DNA from: Clostridium sp.
GTDB taxonomy: Bacteria > Bacillota > Clostridia > Clostridiales > Clostridiaceae
Length of the DNA stretch: 62,161 bases
NCBI GenBank assembly: GCA_030626065.1
Contig: DAOUPR010000001.1
Span: forward strand, 1-62,161
Reading direction: 5' to 3'
Positions 41,354 to 51,476 of this stretch are shown in pieces. The position numbers and the translations under genes were made by a program. Under the pieces are notes generated by a model. It had not been told where the DNA came from, did no database searches, and saw only the letters and a list, made by a program, of their open reading frames with translations. Numbering within the stretch: position 1 is the stretch's first letter; every line of letters begins with the position of its first letter.

Positions 41354-42076
41354 ATGAAATTAAGACACATTCTAATTTTAGCATTACTTATGGCATTAAC
41401 AACTACTTTTCTTTTTAGTAGATATTTAAAAACTCTGGATGAAAAATATACTAAAGAAGAAAACACTGTACAAATCATTGTTCCAAACACTGCCATTAGT
41501 AAAAATCAAAAGATTACCTCAGAGATACTGGAAACAAAAGAACTTGATGCAGCAGCAGTACATCCAGAAGCGATTAGAAATGCTGAAGATATACTAGGCA
41601 CCTATGCTGCTATAGATATAAAACAAGGCGAAATCTTATTTCCTGATCGATTTATTAATCAATTTGATGTAGATGATTTTGTTACAAATAAAATAAAAGA
41701 TGGCTATCGAGCCGTATCCTTAGAAGTTAATTTTGTTGAGTCTGTTTCGACCTTAATTGAACCAGAAGATTATGTTGATGTGATTTTCAGCGAAACAATT
41801 GAAGATACTGTTACTTCCAAAGAAACAGTAATAACTACAATATTGCTACAAAACGTGAGAGTTTTAGCTGTAGGTAAACGACTTTCTCAAAATGATACTA
41901 GTGATATTATCTTAAATAGTAATAATGAATCCTCTACTGTAAATACTAATAATGAGGTTGAATATGTATCTGTCACATTAGAATTAACTTCTGAAGATGT
42001 GGTAACTCTTGTAGGAGCAAATGAAAAAGGAAATATAACACTTTCGTTGAAAAGTAAAATATTCCCCAATAAATAA
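41354..42076 (+). CDS. cpaB: Flp pilus assembly protein CpaB/RcpC
   Basis: SAF domain, GYRAVS, EPEDYVDVI, LLQNVRVLAVG. Confidence 0.88.
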   Translation: MKLRHILILALLMALTTTFLFSRYLKTLDEKYTKEENTVQIIVPNTAISKNQKITSEILETKELDAAAVHPEAIRNAEDILGTYAAIDIKQGEILFPDRFINQFDVDDFVTNKIKDGYRAVSLEVNFVESVSTLIEPEDYVDVIFSETIEDTVTSKETVITTILLQNVRVLAVGKRLSQNDTSDIILNSNNESSTVNTNNEVEYVSVTLELTSEDVVTLVGANEKGNITLSLKSKIFPNK

Positions 42077-42091
42077 ACATTCAAATTAAAG

Positions 42092-42946
42092 ATGGTGAAG
42101 CCTATGAATATAAATACAAATAAATATGATTCAGCTAATATATCAAAAGGTGAACTAATTGTTTTTGTAGCCGCCAAAGGTGGAGTAGGAAAAACAGTTA
42201 TTTCAGTCAATACAGCTGTGACCATTGCCCAAAAGGGCTATTCAACCTGTATACTAGACGGAGACTTTCAGTTTGGGGATGTAAATGTCGCACTAGATAT
42301 ACAACCTAAACTGACAATAAGTGATATGCTTCAAGATATAGATTCACTAGATAATACTATGCTTTCAAATTATCTTCAAAAACATGAAAGTGGACTAAAA
42401 ATTTTATCTGCGCCTTTAAAACCTGAATATGCTGAACTGATTACACCAACAATAATCGATTCAATCTGCGACAAAATATTAGAACAGAATAAATTCTTAG
42501 TAGTCGATTTAGGTACCGGTCTTACAGAACATAATATAAGCTTCATAGAAAAAGCTGATAAAGTTTTTTTAATTACAGATTTGGAAATGACAACCTTAAA
42601 AAACACAAAAATAATGCTTAAAACTCTTAAAGCTTTAGATTTAGATAACAAAGTTAAAGTTATTGTCAATAGAGGTGATATGGAAAGCGTTATTAAATTC
42701 AGAGATGTAAAAGATATACTATCATTAAATAATTTAATATATATATCGAACAATTTTAAAGTTGTATCCAAATCTTTAAATATAGGCATTCCTTTTATAC
42801 TTAATAAACCTAAAGAAAAGATTACAAGAGAAATTAACGATTTAGCAAATGAAATCTTAGAATATAAAAAATCAAATAAACGTACCAGAAGAAAAAAGAA
42901 AAAGTTTTTCTCTCTTTCCAAAAAGGACAAAGGAACTAGGAGGTAA
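42092..42946 (+). CDS. cpaE: CpaE/TadZ MinD-like ATPase
   Basis: KGGVGKT, DGDFQFGDV. Confidence 0.85.
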   Translation: MVKPMNINTNKYDSANISKGELIVFVAAKGGVGKTVISVNTAVTIAQKGYSTCILDGDFQFGDVNVALDIQPKLTISDMLQDIDSLDNTMLSNYLQKHESGLKILSAPLKPEYAELITPTIIDSICDKILEQNKFLVVDLGTGLTEHNISFIEKADKVFLITDLEMTTLKNTKIMLKTLKALDLDNKVKVIVNRGDMESVIKFRDVKDILSLNNLIYISNNFKVVSKSLNIGIPFILNKPKEKITREINDLANEILEYKKSNKRTRRKKKKFFSLSKKDKGTRR

Positions 42947-42949
42947 AAT

Positions 42950-44386
42950 ATGGGGCTCATCGAAAGAATTAACACAAAGAAAAATAATGCTATTGATAAT
43001 AACACCAATACCCTAACCACAGATAAAACAACCTTAAATAAAAAAGAACAGAAACATACTATTGCCAATAAAAGTGAAAACAAAAAAACTCCCTTACAAA
43101 AAATTGTTTACAATACATCTACCAGAAAAAAAACGCCTAGAGACCAAGAACTTAAAAACAGAATTCAAAAAACTATAATGACTCAATTCAAAGATGAAGA
43201 TGTAGAAAAAATAGCACCTAAAATAGATTTAATATCCCTTGAACTTATAAAAAAAGATGGAGAATACTTCGCTGGTGTTGACCGAAAAGGGGTTGTAGAA
43301 GAAATAATTAATGATTTAACAGGATATGGCCCAATAACTCCTTTGCTTAAGGATGAAAATGTAAGTGAAATTATGGTGAATGGTCCTTATAAAATCTATG
43401 TAGAAAGAAAAGGTAAAGTAGTTTTAACAGATATACAATTCAAAGATGACCAGCATGTTATGCATATAATTGAAAAGATAGTTTCTCCTTTAGGACGAAG
43501 AATAGACGAAAGTAGCCCTATGGTTGATGCAAGACTACCTGATGGTTCTAGAGTTAATGCCATAATCCCTCCCCTAGCACTTAATGGGCCTACTATAACC
43601 ATCAGGAAATTTTCTAAAGACCCTTTTACAATTGAAAATCTAATAAATTTTGGGACATTAACTAGAGATATGGCTCTCTTCATTGATGCTTGTGTAAAAG
43701 CAAAGCTAAATATTTTTATCAGTGGAGGGACAGGCTCTGGTAAAACAACAACTCTTAATGTTCTTTCATCCTTTATTCCAAATGATGAAAGAATAGTTAC
43801 CATAGAAGATGCTGCTGAATTGCAACTTCCTCAAGATCATGTTATTTCATTAGAATCAAGACCTGCCAACATAGAAGGTAAAGGTGCCATAACCATAAGA
43901 GATTTAGTTAAAAACTCCTTAAGAATGAGACCAGAGCGAATTGTTATCGGCGAAGTCCGTGGCGGTGAAGCCCTAGATATGCTTCAAGCTATGAATACTG
44001 GTCACGATGGTTCACTTGCAACTGGTCACTCAAATAGTCCTAGAGATATGATTGCTCGTCTAGAAACTATGGTATTAATGGCTGGTATGGATCTTCCTGT
44101 TAGAGCTATACGTCAACAAATAGCTGGTGCTATTGATTTAATAATTCAACAATCAAGACTTAGTGATGGAACAAGAAGAATTGTAAGCATAACAGAAGTA
44201 CAAGGTCTTGAAGGTGATATTGTTGTACTACAGGATATTTTTACTTTTAATAGACAAGGAAAAGACCAGAACGGAAAAGTTATTGGTAATATGATATCCA
44301 CAGGAATCCGACCTAAATTTTATGATAGACTTATTTCTTCAGGTTTAGAAATTCCTGATTCTATATTTAAACTAGAGGAGTGGTAG
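42950..44386 (+). CDS. cpaF: Tad secretion ATPase
   Basis: GGTGSGKTT, IEDAAEL, LRMRPERIVIGEVRG, MNTGHDGS. Confidence 0.95.
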   Translation: MGLIERINTKKNNAIDNNTNTLTTDKTTLNKKEQKHTIANKSENKKTPLQKIVYNTSTRKKTPRDQELKNRIQKTIMTQFKDEDVEKIAPKIDLISLELIKKDGEYFAGVDRKGVVEEIINDLTGYGPITPLLKDENVSEIMVNGPYKIYVERKGKVVLTDIQFKDDQHVMHIIEKIVSPLGRRIDESSPMVDARLPDGSRVNAIIPPLALNGPTITIRKFSKDPFTIENLINFGTLTRDMALFIDACVKAKLNIFISGGTGSGKTTTLNVLSSFIPNDERIVTIEDAAELQLPQDHVISLESRPANIEGKGAITIRDLVKNSLRMRPERIVIGEVRGGEALDMLQAMNTGHDGSLATGHSNSPRDMIARLETMVLMAGMDLPVRAIRQQIAGAIDLIIQQSRLSDGTRRIVSITEVQGLEGDIVVLQDIFTFNRQGKDQNGKVIGNMISTGIRPKFYDRLISSGLEIPDSIFKLEEW

Positions 44387-45366
44387 CTATTAAAACTCTA
44401 ATTTTATTATTTTCATTTTTGTTTTGCTTTCTATCTATAATATCAATCTTCTACTCACTTATATCCTCTAGTAGAAGAGTAAAAAAAAGAATAAATTATT
44501 ACCTTAACTCTGATAAAACTAAAAATATAAAGGTACACAATACAAACACTAAAAAGAGTAAATTTAAAACTTCCAAGCTAAAAAATTTGAATAAACATAT
44601 AGGAAAAAAACTATCAAATTCAAATCATGATGAAATCGATCAATTATTACTAAGCGCCGGACTAGATATCGATGCTGAAGATTATTTAATGTCCAAATGG
44701 GTACTATCAGCTATACTAGGTGGTATTCTATTTTTCATTTTAAATCATTTCATATTTTTATTTATTGGAGGAATTGCTGGATATTTTCTCCCAAATATAT
44801 GGGTGAAAAGAAAGACAAAAGCTCGAACTGAAAAATTCAACAGCGAACTACCAAATATGATTAATATAATAATCGGCTCTTTAAAATCTGGCTACAGTTT
44901 TCCACAAGCCTTAAAAACTGTTGTTGAAGAATGTGACTCCCCAATAAAAGAAGAAATCGGCATACTTATGAAGGAAATGAGTTACGGTATCACTATGGAT
45001 GAAGCTTTAAATAATCTAAATAAAAGAATGCCCTCTGATGACCTTGAATTATTAATACAAGCAATATTAATTCAAAGACAAGTAGGTGGAAATCTAGCTG
45101 GTATTCTTGAAATAATAGTAAATACCATAAGAGAAAGAATAAGAATTCAAAGACAAGTTCATACGCTAACCTCTCAAGGGAGACTTTCCGGAAGAGTAAT
45201 CGGTAGTCTACCTGTCCTACTTGGATTTGCAATATATTTAATAAATCCAGAGTATATTACAACGTTATTCACAAGTTCAATAGGAATTATTCTCATTTGT
45301 GTAAGTGCTTTCTCTGCAATTATTGGATTCATTTTAATTAATAAACTAACAAAAATCGAGGTGTAG
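44380..45366 (+). CDS. tadB: TadB platform protein
   Basis: LKSGYS, IQRQVGGNLA, QGRLSG. Confidence 0.9.
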   Translation: MVAIKTLILLFSFLFCFLSIISIFYSLISSSRRVKKRINYYLNSDKTKNIKVHNTNTKKSKFKTSKLKNLNKHIGKKLSNSNHDEIDQLLLSAGLDIDAEDYLMSKWVLSAILGGILFFILNHFIFLFIGGIAGYFLPNIWVKRKTKARTEKFNSELPNMINIIIGSLKSGYSFPQALKTVVEECDSPIKEEIGILMKEMSYGITMDEALNNLNKRMPSDDLELLIQAILIQRQVGGNLAGILEIIVNTIRERIRIQRQVHTLTSQGRLSGRVIGSLPVLLGFAIYLINPEYITTLFTSSIGIILICVSAFSAIIGFILINKLTKIEV

Positions 45367-45369
45367 ACT

Positions 45370-46290
45370 ATGTTAGTAATTTCATTTTTATTGACAACGG
45401 TATTATTTTCACTCCTTATAGTTTTAAAACTTTTCGAATCAAAAACAATTGCAAGAAAAAGAATAAAGATTTTTATAAATACAGAAAAGTTGATTTATCA
45501 AAAAAATGAAGAAGAAAAAAAAGGCAAACCAAATTATAAAAAAAGTTTGATTTCATTGAGAGACAAATACAATACGTATTTTGGGAAAAAAATTTCTTCA
45601 AACAAAGAGCAACTTTTGGATAAAAAGCTCACTCAAGCAGGAAACCCTTTTGATATGACTGCGGTAGACTTTCATATGATAGAAATTATTGTGAGAATAT
45701 TTTTACCCATAATATTTGCTTTTTATGGGAAACTATTAAATTTAAGTTTTTCAGGTATTTTGATTTTATCTCTTTTTGGACTAGCAATAGCCTTTATTCT
45801 TCCTAATTATTATATCAATCAAAAAATAAAGCAACGATATAAACAAGCTCTGAGAGAGTTGCCTGATTTTCTAGATATATTAACAGTTTGTCTTGAAGCC
45901 GGTCTAGGCTTTGATTCAGCTCTAAATAAAGTAATATCTAAGAAAACTGGTATACTTTCTACAGAATTTCATATTTGTCTTGAAGAAATTCGTTTAGGCA
46001 AAACTAGAAAGGAAGCTTTGACTGGAGTTAAAGAACGACTAAATTTTGAAGAATTGAAATCATTGATAAACAGTATACTTCAAGCTGAAAAACTCGGTGT
46101 TAGCTTTGTGAAAATATTTAGACTCCGCTCACAGGAAGAAAGAGAAAAAAGGAAGCAAAGAGCTGAAGAAGAGGCAATGAAAGCTCCTATCAAAATCTTA
46201 TTCCCTCTCGTTCTATTCATATTTCCAAGTATATTCTTAGTATTACTAGGCCCTGCATTAATTCAACTAATAAATGAATTTGGTCACTAA
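45370..46290 (+). CDS. tadC: TadC platform protein
   Basis: LPDFLD..VCLEAGLGFD, KAPIKILFPLV. Confidence 0.9.
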   Translation: MLVISFLLTTVLFSLLIVLKLFESKTIARKRIKIFINTEKLIYQKNEEEKKGKPNYKKSLISLRDKYNTYFGKKISSNKEQLLDKKLTQAGNPFDMTAVDFHMIEIIVRIFLPIIFAFYGKLLNLSFSGILILSLFGLAIAFILPNYYINQKIKQRYKQALRELPDFLDILTVCLEAGLGFDSALNKVISKKTGILSTEFHICLEEIRLGKTRKEALTGVKERLNFEELKSLINSILQAEKLGVSFVKIFRLRSQEEREKRKQRAEEEAMKAPIKILFPLVLFIFPSIFLVLLGPALIQLINEFGH

Positions 46291-46380
46291 AAATATCAAA
46301 TACACTAAAGAATAATCCTTATTATTGTTTAGTGTATTTTCTTATTATATATTTAAAAAATCCATATCTATTTTATGTCT

Positions 46381-46713
46381 TTAATTTTCTTTCCCCCACT
46401 TGTGCATCATTTGTAATATTGGCATTACAGTATATCCTTTTTCTTTCAATGAATATTCTACCTTGGGAGGCATTTCATTATATTGTTTTCTATTAATTAA
46501 TTCTTCTTCTTCTAACTCCTTAAGCTGCTGACTCAACATCTTGTGTGTTATTCCAGGCATGAGTCTTTTTAACTCACTATATCTAAGAGTGCCATCTTCT
46601 CCTAAATGCCATAATATTACCGGTTTCCATTTTCCACCTATAATTGATAAAGTATATTCTATTGAACATTTCAATTTTCCATTTTCATCTACTTGCGATT
46701 TAGTTTTTTTCAT
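46381..46713 (-). CDS. HxlR-family transcriptional regulator
   Basis: CSIEYTL.IIGGKWK, MLSQQLKELE, PPKVEYSL. Confidence 0.9.
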   Translation of the reverse strand: MKKTKSQVDENGKLKCSIEYTLSIIGGKWKPVILWHLGEDGTLRYSELKRLMPGITHKMLSQQLKELEEEELINRKQYNEMPPKVEYSLKEKGYTVMPILQMMHKWGKEN

Positions 46714-46863
46714 TATAGTTCTCCTATACTTTCTTTTTAGATAGTATATTACAAAAAAGTGCATTCTTATATTTTATATTATATTGGTATATACTAAAGT
46801 AGTCAAGATTAATAAAACAAATCTATATCTAAAAAAGTGTTTATAAAAAAAGGAGGTTTTACA

Positions 46864-47352
46864 ATGTATCCAAGATCATTTTCTCATATAGGACTTTCAG
46901 TTCCTAATTTAGAAGAAGCAGTTAAATTTTATACAGAAGTATTTGGTTGGTATGTAATAATGGAACCTAGTGAAATCACAAAAGATGATAGTGCTATAGG
47001 AATTATGTGCAATGATGTATTCGGTGAAAATTGGGAAAGTTTTAAAATCGCACACCTCTCTACCGGAGATAAAATAGGTGTAGAAATATTTGAATTCCCA
47101 AATAATGAAAAACCAAAAAACAATTTTGAATATTGGAAAACTAGTTTATTCCACTTCTCTATTCAAGACCCTAATATAGAAGAGTTAGTTGAAAAAATAG
47201 TTGAACATGGTGGAAAGCAAAGGATGCCTATTAGAGAATACTATCCTGGCGAAAAACCATTTAGAATGTGTTATGTAGAAGATCCATTTGGAAATATATT
47301 TGAAATATACAGCCATAGCTATGAAATGACATATTCTGCTGGGGCATATTAG
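46864..47352 (+). CDS. Glyoxalase/lactoylglutathione lyase (VOC) family protein
   Basis: YPRSFSHIGLSV, FHFSIQDP, EDPFGNIFE. Confidence 0.88.
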   Translation: MYPRSFSHIGLSVPNLEEAVKFYTEVFGWYVIMEPSEITKDDSAIGIMCNDVFGENWESFKIAHLSTGDKIGVEIFEFPNNEKPKNNFEYWKTSLFHFSIQDPNIEELVEKIVEHGGKQRMPIREYYPGEKPFRMCYVEDPFGNIFEIYSHSYEMTYSAGAY

Positions 47353-47460
47353 ATCATAAATAATAATTCCTTATATTAATATATCATTAATTTATTGTAT
47401 CAATATGTTGGTAACCATAAAAACAAGGTATTTCTATTCATTAAAAATACCTTGTTTTAT

Positions 47461-48003
47461 TCATATTTTAATTTTTGTTGTAGTTCTACTAAAAACTTTA
47501 CGAATTATCCATGCACACATTAACCCTAGTATGATCCCCGCTATAATATCTGAAGGATAATGAACAAACAAGTAGAGTCTTGAAAAAGCCATTAAAGTTG
47601 CCAATGCCCAAAGTACACCTCGATATTTTTTAAATTCGGTTGCTAAAATCCCTACAACTGCAAATGATGATGCTGTATGTCCTGAAGGAAAAGAATAAAA
47701 GGAAGGTGCATCTATTATTAATTTAAAAGCCTGATAAGTAATAAATGGTCTTAACCGCTGTACCATATTTTTAATTATCAATTCTCCCAAAACTGCTGAT
47801 AAAATCAATGCAGAAAGACCCATAAGTCCAACTCTTCGATACTTCTTATTGAAAATTAAACAAAATAAGATTACAATCCATATTGCTCCTTTATTCCCTA
47901 ATGTCGTAACTAAAATCATTAACTTATCTAAAAATATATTATCACTAAAATTCATAATAAATCGCAGCACCTGTAAATCAATATTCTGTATTATATCAAC
48001 CAT
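47461..48003 (-). CDS. PAP2-family phosphatase (undecaprenyl-diphosphatase-like)
   Basis: KNMVQRLRP, SFPSGH, SRLYLFVHYPSD. Confidence 0.9.
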   Translation of the reverse strand: MVDIIQNIDLQVLRFIMNFSDNIFLDKLMILVTTLGNKGAIWIVILFCLIFNKKYRRVGLMGLSALILSAVLGELIIKNMVQRLRPFITYQAFKLIIDAPSFYSFPSGHTASSFAVVGILATEFKKYRGVLWALATLMAFSRLYLFVHYPSDIIAGIILGLMCAWIIRKVFSRTTTKIKI

Positions 48004-48182
48004 CTTGATCTCTCCTCTTCTAGCATGAAATCTAGATTTCATAACCATATTCCATTTTATTTGATAATATCATTCTTTATGAAAGATGACAATATTCCTA
48101 TAGTTGTTTATAATATAATAGAATAACTATTTTATCCAAAAGAAATTATAGCTTTTATATCCAATTGTTAGGAGTAAATAGA

Positions 48183-48959
48183 ATGAATTACATAATTTTT
48201 GATTTAGAGTATAATCAAGATTTTAGGTCTAAGAAAGAAAAATCTTGTGAAGAACCTTATAAGATTCCTTTTGAAATTATTCAGATAGGTGCAATAAAAC
48301 TGGACGAAAACTTTAAGACAATTTCAAGCTTCAATAGATTAATAAAGCCTGAAATATATACAAGGTTACATCCTTTTATAAAAAAACTTACAGGCATTAC
48401 AACAAATCAATTAGAGACTGGAACTAGTTTTAGCCAAACTTATACAGATTTCATTCAATTTATTGGAAATAAAGAAAGTGTTTTATGCGTTTGGGGATTA
48501 TCCGATATAAAAGAATTATATAGAAATGTAGAATATCATAAATTAAACACAACACTATTACCTAGAAAATATATTAATATTCAATTACCCTCCTCTAAAT
48601 ATCTTCATTGCCCTAAAGGAACAAGTATAGGTCTAAGTAATGCTGTAGAATTATTTAATATATCAGTTAAAGAGAACTTTCACGATGCTTTTAATGATGC
48701 TTACTACACAGGAGAAGTTTTTAAAAAAATATCTGGTATTTCTAATATAGATATAGCAATCAAAACTTATGATCCTAATAAGGATTCTAAACATTCTAGG
48801 CAACGCAATAAAAAAATGGTTGTAGATACCTCAAAATTAATACACCAATTTGAAAAAATGTTTAATAGAGAAATGACAGAAGAAGAAAAAGCAATTATTA
48901 AACTTGCTTATACTATGGGAAAAACAAATCAATTTACAATAGAACATAAACCTAAGTAG
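48183..48959 (+). CDS. DEDDh 3'-5' exonuclease (ERI-1/KapD-like)
   Basis: IFDLEYN, EIIQIGA, HDAFNDA. Confidence 0.85.
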   Translation: MNYIIFDLEYNQDFRSKKEKSCEEPYKIPFEIIQIGAIKLDENFKTISSFNRLIKPEIYTRLHPFIKKLTGITTNQLETGTSFSQTYTDFIQFIGNKESVLCVWGLSDIKELYRNVEYHKLNTTLLPRKYINIQLPSSKYLHCPKGTSIGLSNAVELFNISVKENFHDAFNDAYYTGEVFKKISGISNIDIAIKTYDPNKDSKHSRQRNKKMVVDTSKLIHQFEKMFNREMTEEEKAIIKLAYTMGKTNQFTIEHKPK

Positions 48960-48995
48960 TCACTGCACACTTATATTAATTCAATATCAAAATGC

Positions 48996-49045
48996 TATCT
49001 AAAAAGGATATCTCAATTTTCATTCTGAGATATCCCTTTTAGATA
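48996..49045. terminator. Bidirectional terminator between convergent genes
   Basis: TATCTAAAAAGGATATCTCA...TGAGATATCCCTTTTAGATA. Confidence 0.7.
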
Positions 49046-49080
49046 TTAGTATTTATTTAATACAATTATTTATTTATTTC

Positions 49081-51093
49081 TTAATATTTCCCAAACTCCG
49101 AATCACTTAATTCAATACTATCCACCTTAGCTGTAGCTTTACTATCATTTATATTATCAAGCATTTTTAAAACCTCTGGGTTAACATCTTCCATTTTTTC
49201 ATAAGAAGAAAAATCCTTCTCTTTTCTTAATTTAAAAATACTAACCTGTTCCTTCAACATCACAGCTTGTCCAGATAATTCTTCACTAGCAGCCGCTGCT
49301 TCTTCAGAAGTTGCTGAAGTTGTTTGTACAACAGCTGCAACTTCTGTGATTCCTTTATTAATTTGTTCAACACCAATAGCCTGTTCATTAGTCGCAACTG
49401 AAATATTTTCTACTAATTTAGCTGCTTTATCAATATCCTTTACTATTCCATTAAGCACTTCTGCTGTTACATTTGCAATTTTAGAACCATCTTCAATTTT
49501 ATTTATAGAATCTTCTATCATAACAGATATTTCTTTTGCTGCATTAGCTGAACGTACTGCAAGATTTCTTACTTCCTCTGCTACTACTGAAAACCCTTTA
49601 CCGTGCTCTCCCGCTCTTGCTGCTTCTATAGATGCATTTAAGGCAAGTATATTTGTTTGAAATGCAATTTCATCAATTACTTTTATTATTTTTGATATAT
49701 TCTTAGATGATTCATTAGATGCGCTCATTGATTCTAACATATCATACATTTGTTCATTTCCTTTTACTGCATTATTTTTAGCTATCTCTGTAATTTTTTT
49801 AGCTTCATTAGTATTTTCAGCATTTTGTCTAGTTTGTGAAGCAATTTCTTCAATAGAAGCAGTTAACTGTTCAATAGAACTAGCTTGTTCAGTTGCTCCT
49901 TGTGATAATGATATACTAGAATCTGATAACTGATTTGCCCCAGAAGCTACTTGTTCTGAAGCTGAATTAATATTAGTTATTACATTATTAATATTTTGTG
50001 TCATTGTCTCAAAAGCTTTAGCTAAATCGCCAATCTCATCTTTTTTCTTTAAAAACACTACTGGCATATCTTGTGTGAAATCACCTTTAGCCATACCCTC
50101 TACATGTTCTGTAGCAACTTTTATTGGTTTTAAAGTCTTTGTAATTATAAAATGATTTAAAATAATTATAAATAGTATACCCAAAACACCAAACAAAATC
50201 AATTTATAAACTGTTGTTGTTAAAGATGTCATCATTTCTGCTTTATCTACTAGTGATAAAACAACCCAACCATTAATTTCTATCGGTTCATAAGCTAGAT
50301 AATATTCAACGTCATTATAAGTTATTTCTTCGATTCCTTTTTTTCCTTTAAGCGCTGCTTCAACGTATTCTTTTAAAACAATGTCATCTGTTGCTTTTTC
50401 ATTAATTATTTTATCTGTATCTTCTGTATATATATATATACCTTCTGAGGATACTAACATATTTTTACCTTTTTCTCCAATTTTATACTCTTCCATAATT
50501 CCTGGTATTTTATCTAAACTTAAATCAGCACTAACTACTCCTATTACTTCATTACCATCCTTTATCGATTGTATACATGACAAATATAATACTCCATCAA
50601 AATAATAAGGTTCTTCAAAGAATGGTCCTTCTATATTATTAGCCTTATCATACCAAAAATCTGTTTCAACTTTATAATTCTCATCGGCGTGCCCTCCATC
50701 TTGAGCTATCCAATAATTAGCTTTATAACCAGCAACCCAGGCTCCACTCAAATTAGAATATGATTCTTTTATTTCCCCAAGAAGGCTAACTATTTTTTCA
50801 TTTTCCACAGCTCTATTATTAATGTCACCTTCATTTATGAATTCTATATAATTTCTTATTCCCTCATTTAATGTCATTTGTTTTGATATGGTTTTACTTT
50901 GTTGAAAAACAGAAGATAGGTTTCTAACTACTATTTCTGAATTTAAAACTATTTTGGATTCGATATTTTCAACCAATTCCCCCTTGGTATTACTGACCAT
51001 AAATACTCCGACCACTCCAAAAACTATAATTACGAATACAGACATTAATATACTTAATTGTCTTGCTATCTTCTTCTTAAAAAAATTAATCAT
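49081..51093 (-). CDS. Methyl-accepting chemotaxis protein (dCache-HAMP-MA)
   Basis: TM, WY..A/EPY Cache motifs, [28 protein letters not shown]. Confidence 0.93.
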   Translation of the reverse strand: MINFFKKKIARQLSILMSVFVIIVFGVVGVFMVSNTKGELVENIESKIVLNSEIVVRNLSSVFQQSKTISKQMTLNEGIRNYIEFINEGDINNRAVENEKIVSLLGEIKESYSNLSGAWVAGYKANYWIAQDGGHADENYKVETDFWYDKANNIEGPFFEEPYYFDGVLYLSCIQSIKDGNEVIGVVSADLSLDKIPGIMEEYKIGEKGKNMLVSSEGIYIYTEDTDKIINEKATDDIVLKEYVEAALKGKKGIEEITYNDVEYYLAYEPIEINGWVVLSLVDKAEMMTSLTTTVYKLILFGVLGILFIIILNHFIITKTLKPIKVATEHVEGMAKGDFTQDMPVVFLKKKDEIGDLAKAFETMTQNINNVITNINSASEQVASGANQLSDSSISLSQGATEQASSIEQLTASIEEIASQTRQNAENTNEAKKITEIAKNNAVKGNEQMYDMLESMSASNESSKNISKIIKVIDEIAFQTNILALNASIEAARAGEHGKGFSVVAEEVRNLAVRSANAAKEISVMIEDSINKIEDGSKIANVTAEVLNGIVKDIDKAAKLVENISVATNEQAIGVEQINKGITEVAAVVQTTSATSEEAAAASEELSGQAVMLKEQVSIFKLRKEKDFSSYEKMEDVNPEVLKMLDNINDSKATAKVDSIELSDSEFGKY

Positions 51094-51476
51094 TTTTATC
51101 CCCCCTAGATATTTTTATCACTAAAAGCTTAATCACAATTATGCATATACTTTTGTTTCAAGTATAAATATTAACATTATTTTAATTTATATTATTTTAA
51201 AATTAAAATTTTCATAAAATATTTCACTATAATAACTATTATATTACATATTATGCATTATTCCAAGTATGTATTTATTTCTTTATAATAGTATTTCAAA
51301 ACAAACCGACATATCTATACATATTTCAAAAGCAAAAAGAGAAGCTTCTAGAGCTCCTCCTTTCGCTATTATTAAAAAACTTTATTATAAAACTTCATTT
51401 CAAACTAATATTTTGCCACAGCCCCTTAGGTTTAAATCAATATTTTTTACTTAACCTCAATAATTCAATTTATTTC

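Noticed and set aside
51269-51454. 61-aa ORF (and the similar 53256..53510 ORF)
   Set aside because: AT-rich intergenic frames; their shared FQTNI ending reflects the duplicated sftX end, not coding
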